DNA of 64,000 nucleotides from an uncultured Chloroflexia bacterium (GTDB taxonomy: Bacteria; Chloroflexota; Anaerolineae; Anaerolineales; UBA4823): positions 385,314 to 449,313 of the forward strand of contig CAWIYB010000003.1 of the NCBI GenBank assembly GCA_963840255.1, written 5' to 3'. Every line of letters begins with the position of its first letter. The first letter of the stretch is position 1. Made by a program: the position numbers and the translations under genes. The notes under the pieces are model-generated. The model had not been told where the DNA came from. It worked only from the letters and a program-made list of their open reading frames with translations, and searched no databases. Below are positions 1 to 10,600 of the stretch, one piece after another.

Positions 1-1352
1 ATCCGGGAGTGCAGCAAGGTGACAATGGGCAGTCGCTCACGCTGGGTGGCGTGACCCCTGGTGGGGATCCAGCTGTGAATGAGCTCACCCGCATGGTTTT
101 GCGGGTCTCGCGTGACCTGTCACTGATAGATCCAAAAATTAACCTGCGCATATCGGCGCATACCGACCTGGACCTGCTGACTTTAGCCACTGAGCTGACC
201 CGCATGGGATTAGGTTTCCCCCAATATAGTAATGACGATGTGGTTATTCCCGCCCTTGTATCACACGGGTATTCCATCGAGGATGCCCGTGATTACGTCG
301 TGGCAGCTTGCTGGGAATTTATCATCCCCGGCCGGGGGATGGAAGTGGTCAACATTGGGGCAGTGTCATTCCCGGCAGCGGTCGACCAAGCCATCCGGAC
401 TGGTCTCACCGCTCAGGATGATTTTGAGCGGATTCTACAGCGGGTCTCGGAAAATATTGCTGGACAAGTTCGTCAGCTCGGTGAAGACTATTCCCGGTTA
501 TTGTTACCGCCGGCTCCCTATTACTCGGTTTTCATGCACGGTTGTCTTGAACAAGGCAGGGATCTGTCCGACGGGTTGAAGTACAACAATTTTGGAATTC
601 ATGGTGCCTGCGCGGCTAATGCTGGTGATGCCCTGGCGGCGGTGAAGCAATTTGTTTTTGATGAGGGTAGTGTTCCACCGGGCGAGCTGCTATCGGCACT
701 GGGGGCTAATTTCACTGGCTATGAACCCCTGCGTCGTAAACTGGCAGAAGAAGGTGCAAAAGTCGGCAATAATGATGCTACTGCCGACAAATTGCTGGTG
801 ATGTTGTTCGATGATCTGGCGACTGCCTGTGAAAGCTACGGGCGCACACCCCGCGGGGGCATCTTGCGACCTGGTACAGGTTCTGCCATGTACTATATTT
901 GGCTGGCAGCTGGTCATTCTGGTATGCGCGAGCCGCTTGTCTCTGCCACTGCGGATGGACGCCACCAAGGCGAACCATTCAGCGCCAACCTTTCACCATC
1001 GCTGGGCGCACGTATACGTGGACCGATCAGCATGCTCCAATCTTTTAGCAAGATCGATTACCAACGGATCTATAACGGCGGACCGATCACCATGGAGCTC
1101 TCTGACTCCGTCTTTCGCAATCCAGAATCGATACGCAAGACTGCCATGCTGGTACGCACTTTTGCCCAGCTGGGCTGCCAGCAGCTGCAGCTAAACAGCA
1201 TAAACATTGAAACATTACTCGATGCTAAAGCACATCCTGAAAAACATAAGAACTTAATTGTTCGGGTGTGGGGTTGGAGCGGTTATTTCTGCGAGCTTGC
1301 TCCGGAGTACCAGGATCAAATCATAGCCAGGCATTATTTTGGATCGAGCTGA
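1..1352 (+). CDS. Glycyl radical enzyme (pyruvate formate-lyase-like superfamily), C-terminal ~447 codons; 5' end is outside the window
   Basis: ORF is open to the window edge. It has a C-terminal glycyl-radical loop 'NLIVRVWGWSGYF' (RVxG) and an internal 'AACWEF' Cys-x-Glu, as in dehydratase-type GREs. Confidence 0.8.
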   Translation, partial: PGVQQGDNGQSLTLGGVTPGGDPAVNELTRMVLRVSRDLSLIDPKINLRISAHTDLDLLTLATELTRMGLGFPQYSNDDVVIPALVSHGYSIEDARDYVVAACWEFIIPGRGMEVVNIGAVSFPAAVDQAIRTGLTAQDDFERILQRVSENIAGQVRQLGEDYSRLLLPPAPYYSVFMHGCLEQGRDLSDGLKYNNFGIHGACAANAGDALAAVKQFVFDEGSVPPGELLSALGANFTGYEPLRRKLAEEGAKVGNNDATADKLLVMLFDDLATACESYGRTPRGGILRPGTGSAMYYIWLAAGHSGMREPLVSATADGRHQGEPFSANLSPSLGARIRGPISMLQSFSKIDYQRIYNGGPITMELSDSVFRNPESIRKTAMLVRTFAQLGCQQLQLNSINIETLLDAKAHPEKHKNLIVRVWGWSGYFCELAPEYQDQIIARHYFGSS

Positions 1353-1398
1353 CCCTAAGGGTTGGCCGACTATAAAATAAGATCACGAGGAGGAAGTG

Positions 1399-2904
1399 AT
1401 GATGAACCTCAAAGAATTAGAAGTTTGGTTTGTGGCCGGAAGTCAGCACCTGTATGGCGAAGCCACGCTCAAACAGGTGGCACAGCATTCACAGGAGATG
1501 GCGCTGCAAATGACCCAGTCGGGTAAGCTGCCGGTGAAGGTGGTTTTCAAACCCGTGGTGACAACCCCCGATGCGATTACCGAGCTGTGCCGGGAAGCGA
1601 ATAACTCTCGTAACTGCATCGGACTGATTACCTGGATGCACACTTTCTCCCCGGCAAAAATGTGGATTGCCGGGTTGCGCTCCTTGCAAAAACCGTTTGT
1701 GCATTTACATACCCAATACAACCGTGAGCTTCCCTGGTCGAGCATCGACATGGATTTTATGAACCTCAACCAGTCGGCGCACGGCGACCGGGAATTTGGT
1801 TTTATCGGCAGCCGGATGCGCTTGAAACGTAAGGTCATTGTCGGTTTCTGGCAGGATGATGATGTGCTTTCCAGCCTGGCAACCTGGATGCGTGCTGCTT
1901 GTGCCTGGCACGATGCTCAGGGCGCTCGCATTGCCCGCTTCGGTGATAACATGCGTGAGGTCGCCGTCACCGAAGGGGATAAGGTCGAAGCACAGATCCG
2001 TTTGGGGTATTCCGTAAATGGTTACGGCGTGGGTGAGCTGGTCAGGTATGTCGATGCCGTTGCAGAGCCGGAAATCGACCGCCTGGTGACCGAATATGAT
2101 GACACCTACACCGTAGCAGAAACGCTACGCCCTGGAGGCAGTCAACGCCAGTCGCTGCGTGATGCCGCCAGAATAGAAATCGGGATGCAGGCTTTTCTGG
2201 AACAGGGTCGTTTTACCGCCTTCACCTCCACCTTCGAAGACCTGCATGGCTTAGCGCAGCTTCCAGGTCTGGCGGTACAGCGCTTGATGGCGCAAGGTTA
2301 TGGGTTTGGGGCCGAGGGTGACTGGAAAACGGCTGCCCTGGTGCGAGCAATGAAGGTGATGGGTGCTGGCCTTACGGGTGGTACTTCATTCATGGAAGAT
2401 TACACCTATGACTTCAGCGGGGAACGTCCCAAGGTATTGGGTGCCCACATGCTCGAGGTGTGTGAATCGATAGCATCTGATAAACCGTCCTTGGAAATTC
2501 ACCCACTTTCGATTGGCGGCAAAGCTGACCCGGCGCGGCTGGTGTTCAATGTGGGTAGCGGTTCGGCGATTAATGCCACGCTGATTGACCTGGGAGACCG
2601 CTTCAGGATGATTGTTAATGAGGTCGATGTGATCCAACCAGAACAAAAACTATCGAAACTGCCGGTCGCCAGTGCGGTTTGGGTCCCCCGACCCAGCCTG
2701 AAGGTGGCAGCGCATGCCTGGATCCTGGCAGGTGGAGCCCACCATACCGGCTTCAGCCAGTCGGTTACCACCCAACACCTGGCTGACTTCGCCGAGATGG
2801 CAGGCATTGAATTCCTGGTGATTGACAACGACACTCGTCTGCCTGAATTCGCCAAAGAATTACGCTGGAATGATTTGTATTATCACCTGGCTGGTGGCTT
2901 GTAA
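1399..2904 (+). CDS. araA: L-arabinose isomerase
   Basis: About 500 aa. N-terminus '[14 protein letters not shown]' is typical of AraA. AGGAGG lies 6 nt upstream of the ATG (GTG 1396 and ATG 1402 are alternatives). It sits next to araB/araD. Confidence 0.9.
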   Translation: MMNLKELEVWFVAGSQHLYGEATLKQVAQHSQEMALQMTQSGKLPVKVVFKPVVTTPDAITELCREANNSRNCIGLITWMHTFSPAKMWIAGLRSLQKPFVHLHTQYNRELPWSSIDMDFMNLNQSAHGDREFGFIGSRMRLKRKVIVGFWQDDDVLSSLATWMRAACAWHDAQGARIARFGDNMREVAVTEGDKVEAQIRLGYSVNGYGVGELVRYVDAVAEPEIDRLVTEYDDTYTVAETLRPGGSQRQSLRDAARIEIGMQAFLEQGRFTAFTSTFEDLHGLAQLPGLAVQRLMAQGYGFGAEGDWKTAALVRAMKVMGAGLTGGTSFMEDYTYDFSGERPKVLGAHMLEVCESIASDKPSLEIHPLSIGGKADPARLVFNVGSGSAINATLIDLGDRFRMIVNEVDVIQPEQKLSKLPVASAVWVPRPSLKVAAHAWILAGGAHHTGFSQSVTTQHLADFAEMAGIEFLVIDNDTRLPEFAKELRWNDLYYHLAGGL

Positions 2905-2933
2905 TATCATTTCTTGCTTGGTTAACGACCTCG

Positions 2934-4951
2934 ATGGAACAATCCGTTTTTTATTTTGGTGTTGATTATTACCCCGAACAATGGCCGGAAGCCCGCTGGT
3001 CGGAGGATGCCCGCCTGATAAAAGAAGCGGGTTTTAATCTTGTCCGCCTGGCTGAGTTCGCCTGGTCACGCCTGGAACCCAAGCAGGGCACCTACGATTT
3101 TGGCTGGCTCGACCGGGCGTTGGAGGTGCTGCATGAGCAGGGAATCGTTGCTGTTCTCGGTACCCCAACCGCATCCCCGCCTGCTTGGTTGATGAGCCAG
3201 ACATCCAGAACTTTTCCGTGTGCGTGATGACGGGCTTCGGGTGAGTTTCGGCAACCGCCGTGAATATTGCCCCAATCAGCCCCTCTATCACCAGCATTCT
3301 CAATCCATCGTCTCTGCGATGGCTGAACATTACAACTCTCACCCCGCGGTGATCGGTTGGCAAATCGACAATGAGTTCGGTGAACGATGCTATTGCCCAA
3401 CCTGCCAGGCGGGTTTCCAGCGATGGCTGCAGAAGCGCTATGGCAGCCTGGAGAAATTAAATAGACGCTGGGGGACGGATTTTTGGAGCCATGGTTATAC
3501 CGATTGGACTGAGATACCCCTCCCGCTGGCAACCTCAGGCTCACCCAACCCGGGTCTTGGATTTGAATATAGGCGGTTTGTTTCGGATTCTTATCTTGCC
3601 TACCTGCAAATGCAGGTGGACATTTTACGGAAGGTCTGTCCACAGCATTTTGTCACGCATAACTTCATGGGTTTTGGCTACGAAGGATTGGATTATTATG
3701 AATTAGCCCAACCCCTTGACATTGTCAGCTGGGATAATTATCCCCTTGGTTTTTGGCAAAAAGACTTGAATGCGGTGGATCCGACAGTCCCTGCCCTTGG
3801 TCACGACACGATGCGCGGGCTGAAGCAGAAAAACTTCTGGGTAATGGAACAACAGGCTGGTCCAAGCGGTTGGGAGACGGTCAGTCCCACGCCTCGCCCG
3901 GGTCAGCTGCGCTCGTGGGCTTATCAATCCATTGCTCATGGAGCGAACGGTGTGGTTTTTTTCCGCTGGCGGACGGCTCGTTTTGGGACGGAACAGTACT
4001 GGTTTGGCCTGCTTGACCATCATGGTCAGCCAGGTCGCAGATATGACGAGATCAAGCGTATGGGTGCAGAGCTTCGAAAAATCGGGGATTCCATCCTCGG
4101 GAAGTCTGTCAAGGCCCAAGTCGCCATCATGCAATCTTATGATAGCCGTTTTGCTTTCCAGGTCCAGCCAAATAATCCCAAATTTAGTTATAACGACCAC
4201 ATCACCGATCTTTACCGGATACTTTTTAGTAGAAATATCACCCTGGATGTGGTCTCTCCACAAACGGATCTATCCGGATATAAGCTGGTCATTGTGCCAG
4301 CCCTGCACATTATGACCCACGGGATCGCCAGCAGCCTGGCAAGTTACGTCCGGGAAGGTGGAACGGTGGTCATCACCTCGCGCTCGGGTGTAAAAGATGA
4401 TGCGAATGCGGTTGTGGACCTGCCGCTGCCCGGCTTGTTGGCAGAAGTCTGCGGTGTGACTGTGGTGGAGAGTGACTCTTTACCAGCCGGCACCGCCCAG
4501 CCAGTTAAGTTTACTGTTCCTGGCATTAACCAGTTCAGGCCCTATCGAAGCAGATATTTGGATTGACGTCCTCGCCCCAACCAGTGCGGAAGTGGTAGCG
4601 CGGTATACCGAAGATTATTATGCCGGTCAACCGGCGGTTACGCGCAACGATTATGGAAAGGGTCAGGCAATTTATGTCGGAACACTTGGTGGATCTACGT
4701 TATATCAGGCTTTATTCGCCTGGTTGGTCGATAGGTTGTCGATTGATAGCGTCCTGACCACCCCCCAGGGGGTCGAGGCTGCGGCGCGCGGTCAAGGAAA
4801 TCAGCATTTGTTGTTCCTTTTAAACCATACCAAAGCGACCCAAACGGTCTCCTTGCCGGATGGGTACGTCACCATCCTTGGTAACGAAGCGTTGAGCGGG
4901 CAGGTTAGCTTGGCGCCATATGATGTAATTATCCTTTCTGCTCAGGAATGA
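2934..4951 (+). pseudogene. GH42 beta-galactosidase split into three frames (shifts near 3201 and near 4535)
   Basis: 'YYPEQWPE', 'DNEFG' and 'WVMEQQ' are GH42 hallmarks. Homology continues from ORF 2934-3227 into 3220-4566 ('..WLMSQ|HPELFRVRDDG..') and then into 4472-4951. Confidence 0.85.
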
Positions 4952-4955
4952 TTTA

Positions 4956-5948
4956 ATGAAAACACTTCGTCTGCACAATCCTGGTGATTTACGCCTGCAT
5001 GATGAGCCTGTCCCGATCCCTGGAGAAGGGGAGAAGTTGTTACGGGTCACAGCTGTCGGCATCTGCGGATCGGATTTGCACTGGCTCAACGAGGCCGGCA
5101 TCGGGGACGCGCGCCTGGATAAACCCCTTGTGCTGGGGCATGAGTTTACTGCCTTGACCGATGATGGCGTGCGTGTGGCAGTGGATCCAGCCATCGCCTG
5201 CGGTGTATGTGAATATTGCAAGCGCGGTGACCCTAACCTGTGCGAAAACCTGATCTTCGCCGGGCACAGCAGCCAGGACGGCGCAATGCGCGAGCAAATG
5301 ACCTGGCCTGGGCGCTGTTTATATCCCATACCCAAGCAGGTGTCAGACGCTGACGGGGTTATGCTGGAACCGCTGGGGATTGCCATCCATGCGATGGACC
5401 TGGCGCACCTGAAGGTTGGCATGTCGGTGGGCATTTTTGGCTGCGGACCGATCGGTCTGCTAATTCTTCAGCTGGCCCGGCTGGCTGGGGCGAGTGAGGT
5501 AATTGCCACAGACGTCCTCCCTCACCGGGTGGAGGCGGCACACCTTCATGGAGCGGATGAGGCATATGTAGTTGAGAACAGCTTCAATGATCAGGAAGCG
5601 AGGCGGTTGGCTGGGCGGGGTCTGGATGTGGTCTTTGAGGCGGCTGGTGAAAATGCAGCCGTTGAGATGGCGGTTGCGGCTGCCCGCCCGGGTGGAAAAG
5701 TGATCCTGGTAGGCATACCATCGGACGACCGGACTTCATTCATTGCCTCAACAGCCCGGCGCAAGGGGTTGACCCTCAAACTGGTGCGCAGGATGAAGCT
5801 CACTTACCCGCGTGCGATTCAATTGGTGGAGAGTGGAAAAGTGAATGTCCGCTCGCTGGTCACCCACACCTTCTCCCTCGAACAAGCGGCAGAAGCCTTT
5901 GCTGTAGCCGCGCGCCGGGAGGGTCTCAAAGTGGTTATCACCCCATAA
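4956..5948 (+). CDS. Zn-dependent alcohol/polyol dehydrogenase (MDR family)
   Basis: 'GICGSDLH', 'GHEF', and the structural-Zn motif 'CGVCEYCKRGDPNLC'; 330 aa. Confidence 0.8.
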   Translation: MKTLRLHNPGDLRLHDEPVPIPGEGEKLLRVTAVGICGSDLHWLNEAGIGDARLDKPLVLGHEFTALTDDGVRVAVDPAIACGVCEYCKRGDPNLCENLIFAGHSSQDGAMREQMTWPGRCLYPIPKQVSDADGVMLEPLGIAIHAMDLAHLKVGMSVGIFGCGPIGLLILQLARLAGASEVIATDVLPHRVEAAHLHGADEAYVVENSFNDQEARRLAGRGLDVVFEAAGENAAVEMAVAAARPGGKVILVGIPSDDRTSFIASTARRKGLTLKLVRRMKLTYPRAIQLVESGKVNVRSLVTHTFSLEQAAEAFAVAARREGLKVVITP

Positions 5949-5960
5949 ATGGAGGCTCTT

Positions 5961-7643
5961 ATGACGAAATACACTATCGGTGTGGATTTTGGCACTGAAT
6001 CGGGTCGGGCAGTGCTGGTGGACGTCACAGACGGCAGGGAAGTTGCCAGCGCGGTTTACCCCTATTCGCATGGCGTCATCGACGAGAAACTGCCTGTTCC
6101 AGGTACCGATATCCGCCTCGAACCCGACTGGGCACTGCAGGACCCTCAGGATTACATCAGGACGTTCCAGAGCACGATCCCGGCGGTGTTAGCACAGTCC
6201 AAGGTAAAACCCGAAGACGTGATTGGCATCGGGATTGATTTCACTGCCTGCACCATGCTGCCGGTTAAGCAGGATGGCACACCTCTGTGTGACCTGCCTG
6301 AATTCCGCCGTGAGCCGCATGCCTGGGTTAAGCTGTGGAAGCACCACGCCGCCCAGCCCGAAGCAGATAAGATCAACGAAACAGCCCGCAGGATGGGTCT
6401 CAAGTGGCTGGACCGCTACGGCGGAAAGATTTCATCCGAATGGTTTTTTTCCAAGGTTCTGCAAATCCTGGATGAAGCCCCTCAGGTTTACCAGGCAGCT
6501 GACCGCCTGCTCGAAGCCACAGACTGGGTCGTCTGGCAGCTGACCGGGGTGGAGACGCGCAACTCGTGCACTGCTGGTTACAAAGCCATCTGGTCTAAGC
6601 GTGAGGGTTTCCCGGAAGATTCGTATTTTGCTGCCCTCGACCCGCGCCTTGAAACCGTGGTGGACGAGAAAATGTCGCGCTTCATCCAGCCGATCGGCAA
6701 TCGTGCTGGAGGATTGACCTCACAAGCCGCCCACTGGACTGGCTTGAATCCGGGAACGGCAGTGGCAGTCGCAAATGTGGACGCTCATGTAGCCGTCCCG
6801 GCGGCCACGGTAACCGATACTGGGAGCATGGTAATGATCATGGGCACAAGCATCTGCCACATGGTACTGGGCGATGATGAGCACATGGTCCCGGGTATAT
6901 GCGGGTATGTTGAAGACGGCATCATCCCAGGTTACTTCGGCTATGAGGCTGGGCAATCCTGTGTGGGTGATCATTTCGCCTGGTTTGTGGAGAACTGCAC
7001 ACCCGCATCCTATACAGAAGAGGCCAAGAAACGCGATATTGACATCCACCAGTTGCTGGAAGAAAAAGCAGCCAGGTTGAAACCCGGCGAATCAGGTCTG
7101 CTGGCTCTCGATTGGTGGAACGGCAACCGCAGCGTGTTGGTGGATGTGGACTTAACCGGCCTGCTGTTGGGAGCCACCCTGGCGACCAGACCTGAGGAGA
7201 TCTACCGCGCCCTGATAGAGGCTACCGCTTACGGCACACGGGTCATTGTGGATACCTTCCACCGCAACGGTGTGCCGATCAATGAGCTCGTCGCCTGCGG
7301 TGGTTTGCCGGAGAAGAACAAATTACTCATGCAGATCTACGCCGACGTGACCGGTCGCGAGATCAAGGTCACTGCCTCCAAACAGACGCCTGCTCTTGGG
7401 TCAGCCATGTTCGGCGCGGTGGCAGCGGGAAAGCTTGCCGGTGGTTATGATTCGATTTACGCGGCGGCCCAGGTGATGGCACATCTCAAAGAGGAGACCT
7501 TCAAGCCCATCCCGGAGAACCAGGTTGTATACGATAAGCTATTCGCTGAGTACCTTCGCCTGCATGATTATTTCGGACGGGGTGAGAACAACGTGATGAA
7601 GACACTCAAAAAGATCAAGGCGGAGGTGAAGCATGTCGCTTGA
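5961..7643 (+). CDS. araB: Ribulokinase
   Basis: '[19 protein letters not shown]' FGGY-kinase N-terminus; about 560 aa. GGAGG lies 5 nt upstream of ATG 5961; the ORF track's 5949 start is less likely. Confidence 0.9.
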   Translation: MTKYTIGVDFGTESGRAVLVDVTDGREVASAVYPYSHGVIDEKLPVPGTDIRLEPDWALQDPQDYIRTFQSTIPAVLAQSKVKPEDVIGIGIDFTACTMLPVKQDGTPLCDLPEFRREPHAWVKLWKHHAAQPEADKINETARRMGLKWLDRYGGKISSEWFFSKVLQILDEAPQVYQAADRLLEATDWVVWQLTGVETRNSCTAGYKAIWSKREGFPEDSYFAALDPRLETVVDEKMSRFIQPIGNRAGGLTSQAAHWTGLNPGTAVAVANVDAHVAVPAATVTDTGSMVMIMGTSICHMVLGDDEHMVPGICGYVEDGIIPGYFGYEAGQSCVGDHFAWFVENCTPASYTEEAKKRDIDIHQLLEEKAARLKPGESGLLALDWWNGNRSVLVDVDLTGLLLGATLATRPEEIYRALIEATAYGTRVIVDTFHRNGVPINELVACGGLPEKNKLLMQIYADVTGREIKVTASKQTPALGSAMFGAVAAGKLAGGYDSIYAAAQVMAHLKEETFKPIPENQVVYDKLFAEYLRLHDYFGRGENNVMKTLKKIKAEVKHVA

Positions 7644-8277
7644 TCAATTACGCCGCGAGATCTGCCGGTTACATGCCGAGCTGCCGCGCAACAACCTGGT
7701 AGCCTGGACCTCGGGAAACATCAGCGGGCGTGATCCGGAAACTGGTTACGTGGTGATCAAGCCGAGCGGTGTCCGTTATGATGAGCTGACTCCTGAGTCG
7801 ATGTGCGTGGTGGACCTGGATGGAAAAGCGATCGAAGGGAAATACAAGCCTTCCTCAGATACGATTGCCCACGTCTATGTCTATCGCCACCGGGCAGACG
7901 TGAATGGTATCGTGCATACCCATTCCACCTTCGCCACCGCATGGGCGGCAGTTGGCAAGCCCATCCCGCCTGTACTGACTGCCATCTGCGATGAGTTTGG
8001 CGGTCCTATCCCAGTCGGGGCGTACGCTAAAATTGGGAGCGATGAAATTGGTCAGGAGATCGTGCGTTCGATTGGCTCCAGCCCGGCAATCCTGATGAAG
8101 AACCATGGTGTGTTCACCATTGGGCGCACGCCCGAGGCAGCGCTGAAGGCGGCGGTGATGGTCGAGGATGCAGCCCGTACAGTTTTCTATGCTCTGCAGC
8201 TGGGTCAGCCGGATGAGATCCCGCCGGAGGAGGTCGACCGCGCCCACCGCCGCTACCTCGAGCATTATGGTCAATAA
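7633..8277 (+). CDS. araD: L-ribulose-5-phosphate 4-epimerase (class II aldolase fold)
   Basis: 214 aa with an 'IVHTHS' metal-site motif. It overlaps the araB stop by 11 nt. Confidence 0.9.
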   Translation: MSLDQLRREICRLHAELPRNNLVAWTSGNISGRDPETGYVVIKPSGVRYDELTPESMCVVDLDGKAIEGKYKPSSDTIAHVYVYRHRADVNGIVHTHSTFATAWAAVGKPIPPVLTAICDEFGGPIPVGAYAKIGSDEIGQEIVRSIGSSPAILMKNHGVFTIGRTPEAALKAAVMVEDAARTVFYALQLGQPDEIPPEEVDRAHRRYLEHYGQ

Positions 8278-8426
8278 ACACGCCGTCCTGTGGGATATGG
8301 ATGGCGTGCTGGTGGACAGCGGTGAATTACACCACCCATCCCAAGTCTTCCCTAGCGTCCGCGGATATCGTCATCGATAATCTGGAAGAGCTTACCCCAG
8401 ACGATTTTTATTCCAACCTGAGCTAA
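8267..8426 (+). pseudogene. HAD-superfamily phosphatase remnant (N- and C-terminal ends only; core deleted)
   Basis: 'VLWDMDGVLVDSGELHH' is HAD motif I. About 20 codons later, in another frame, comes 'ASADIVIDNLEELTPDDFYSNLS*', a typical HAD C-terminus. Only ~160 nt remain where ~650 nt would be expected. Confidence 0.6.
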
Positions 8427-8517
8427 AGATACTATAATGTAATTGAATCGGAGTTAGTGGTGCGACTTTCCGATCAATACAAATATTCCTGGTTGCGGGT
8501 CACATTTGGGTAGAAAT

Positions 8518-9963
8518 ATGAACATTCGTACTGAATTAGGATTAACCTTCGACGATGTTCTGCTGGTTCCGAACCGTTCTACCATCCACAGCAGAAAAGA
8601 AGTCTCAACCGATACCTGGCTGGTGCCCGGGATTCACCTTTCCAACCCCATCATCTCGGCTAATATGGATACCGTGACCGAAACCCGCATGGCGATCGCC
8701 ATGGCGCAGATGGGAGGAATTGGGATCCTGCATCGTTTCATGACGATCGAAGATCAGGCTGATTGTGTGACCCGTGTGAAGCGCTCTGAAAGCCTGGTGG
8801 TTGAATCTCCACTGACAATCTCACCTGATGAGAGCGTGGAGCAGGCACGCCAGCGAATGGAAGAAGACGGCGTGGGTGGTTTGATGGTTGTGGATAAAGA
8901 TAACCTGCTGGTGGGGATTATCACCCACCGCGATGTGCTGTTAGCTCCGCACGATGATATCCCGCTACACCAGGTGATGACCCCTCGCCACAGGTTGGTG
9001 ACTGCCTCCCAGGGTGAAACCCTGGAGGAAGCCCGCCGCAAGCTGTACGAACACCGCATCGAAAAACTACCGCTGGTGGATCTTGATGGTCATCTGGCAG
9101 GATTGATCACGGCGCAAGATATAATAAAAATCCAGAAACATCCCAATGCCACGAAGGACAGCCGTGGTCGCTTGCGGGTAGGTGCAGCAGTAGGCGTCCG
9201 CCCGGATGATATGGAGCGTGCGATCAGCTGCCAGGCAGCCGGCGCAGACGCCTTGGTTTTGGATATTGCCCACGGGCATTCCGACCATGTGATCCAGATG
9301 GTGCGCCGATTAAAGCAGCGTTTTCCCAATGTGCCCATTATTGCAGGAAACGTGGCTACTGCCCAAGGGGTAAACGACCTGGCTCAGGCAGGTGCAGACG
9401 CGGTAAAAGTTGGGGTGGGGTCCGGCTCAATCTGTACCACCCGAATCGTGACCGGATTCGGTGTGCCCCAGCTGAGCGCCATCATGGAGTGTGCTGAAGC
9501 AGGGAAAGCGATAAATGTCCCCATCATCGCCGATGGCGGCATCCGCAACTCCGGTGATATGACTAAATCGCTGGCGGCTGGTGCCAGCACGGTGATGATC
9601 GGGAGTCTGCTGGCTGGCACCGATGAAAGCCCGGGTGCGACGGTCATTCGCGAAGGCAGGCGCTATAAAATCGTGCGAGGTATGGCATCACTTTCAGCCA
9701 ATATCGAGCGCAAGAAGCTAAATAATAATGGTGAGCTGGCGATCGAAGACTGGGAGGAGGTCGTTCCTGAAGGTGTCGAGGCCACGGTGCCGTATAAAGG
9801 CGCGCTGGTGGATGTCATCCATCAGCTGGTGGGCGGTCTGCGCTCGGGGATGAGTTATGCCGGCGCCTGTTCAATTGAAGAGCTCTGGCAAGTAGCCGAG
9901 TTCATCCGCATCACCCCCTCAGGCATCCAGGAATCGCACTCGCACGATGTGGATCTGATTTAG
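8518..9963 (+). CDS. guaB: IMP dehydrogenase (with CBS pair)
   Basis: '[11 protein letters not shown]', catalytic '[11 protein letters not shown]', an inserted CBS region, about 480 aa. Confidence 0.9.
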   Translation: MNIRTELGLTFDDVLLVPNRSTIHSRKEVSTDTWLVPGIHLSNPIISANMDTVTETRMAIAMAQMGGIGILHRFMTIEDQADCVTRVKRSESLVVESPLTISPDESVEQARQRMEEDGVGGLMVVDKDNLLVGIITHRDVLLAPHDDIPLHQVMTPRHRLVTASQGETLEEARRKLYEHRIEKLPLVDLDGHLAGLITAQDIIKIQKHPNATKDSRGRLRVGAAVGVRPDDMERAISCQAAGADALVLDIAHGHSDHVIQMVRRLKQRFPNVPIIAGNVATAQGVNDLAQAGADAVKVGVGSGSICTTRIVTGFGVPQLSAIMECAEAGKAINVPIIADGGIRNSGDMTKSLAAGASTVMIGSLLAGTDESPGATVIREGRRYKIVRGMASLSANIERKKLNNNGELAIEDWEEVVPEGVEATVPYKGALVDVIHQLVGGLRSGMSYAGACSIEELWQVAEFIRITPSGIQESHSHDVDLI

Positions 9964-9994
9964 TCTGCATGATCGACATGCAAAGGTGAAGATC

Positions 9995-10600
9995 CTATTC
10001 TATGTAGAAAACCGAGGGTTTGGTTCCCTGTTCCTCGAGCCTTGGTCTGGCAGTCCCGCTTGCCACCAGTTTAGCCACCGCTGACTCGGGGTCGTCCAGG
10101 TCGCCGAAGATCCTGGCCTGGCTGGGGCAGGTCACCACGCAGGCTGGTTGCTTGCCTTCACGCAGCCGCTGGACGCAGAAAGTACATTTCTCGATCGATC
10201 CCTTGGGGTGCTGCTTATAACCCTGCTGTTCAAATTCCGTCATGCCCAGCCTGGTATAGTACTCGTGCGGGCGGGTAGAATTGTAACTGCGGGCTTCATA
10301 CGGGCATGCCATGATGCAGTAACGGCAGGCGACGCATAAATCGTCGTTTACCAGCACCAACCCACCCTCGCCGCGATACGTAGCCCCGGTGGGACATACT
10401 TCCAAACAAGGCGCCACCTGGCAGTGCATGCACAGCATGGGTAGAAAATGCAGCTGCGCCTGCGGGTAATCACCCGATTCGTACAACAGCACTTTACTCC
10501 AAAAGATCCCGGGCGGGGTGGCATTTTCCTGCTTGCACGCCACCGCACAGGCATTGCAACCCACGCACTTGAGCAGATCGATAACCATGGCGTATCTCAC
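9995..10600 (-). CDS. 4Fe-4S ferredoxin-type electron-transfer subunit of a molybdopterin oxidoreductase (DmsB-like)
   Basis: Four Cys clusters ('CVGCNACAVAC', 'CMHCQVAPC', 'CVACRYCIMAC', 'CTFC..CVVTCP'). 4-nt overlap with the upstream catalytic gene. Confidence 0.85.
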   Translation of the reverse strand: MRYAMVIDLLKCVGCNACAVACKQENATPPGIFWSKVLLYESGDYPQAQLHFLPMLCMHCQVAPCLEVCPTGATYRGEGGLVLVNDDLCVACRYCIMACPYEARSYNSTRPHEYYTRLGMTEFEQQGYKQHPKGSIEKCTFCVQRLREGKQPACVVTCPSQARIFGDLDDPESAVAKLVASGTARPRLEEQGTKPSVFYIE

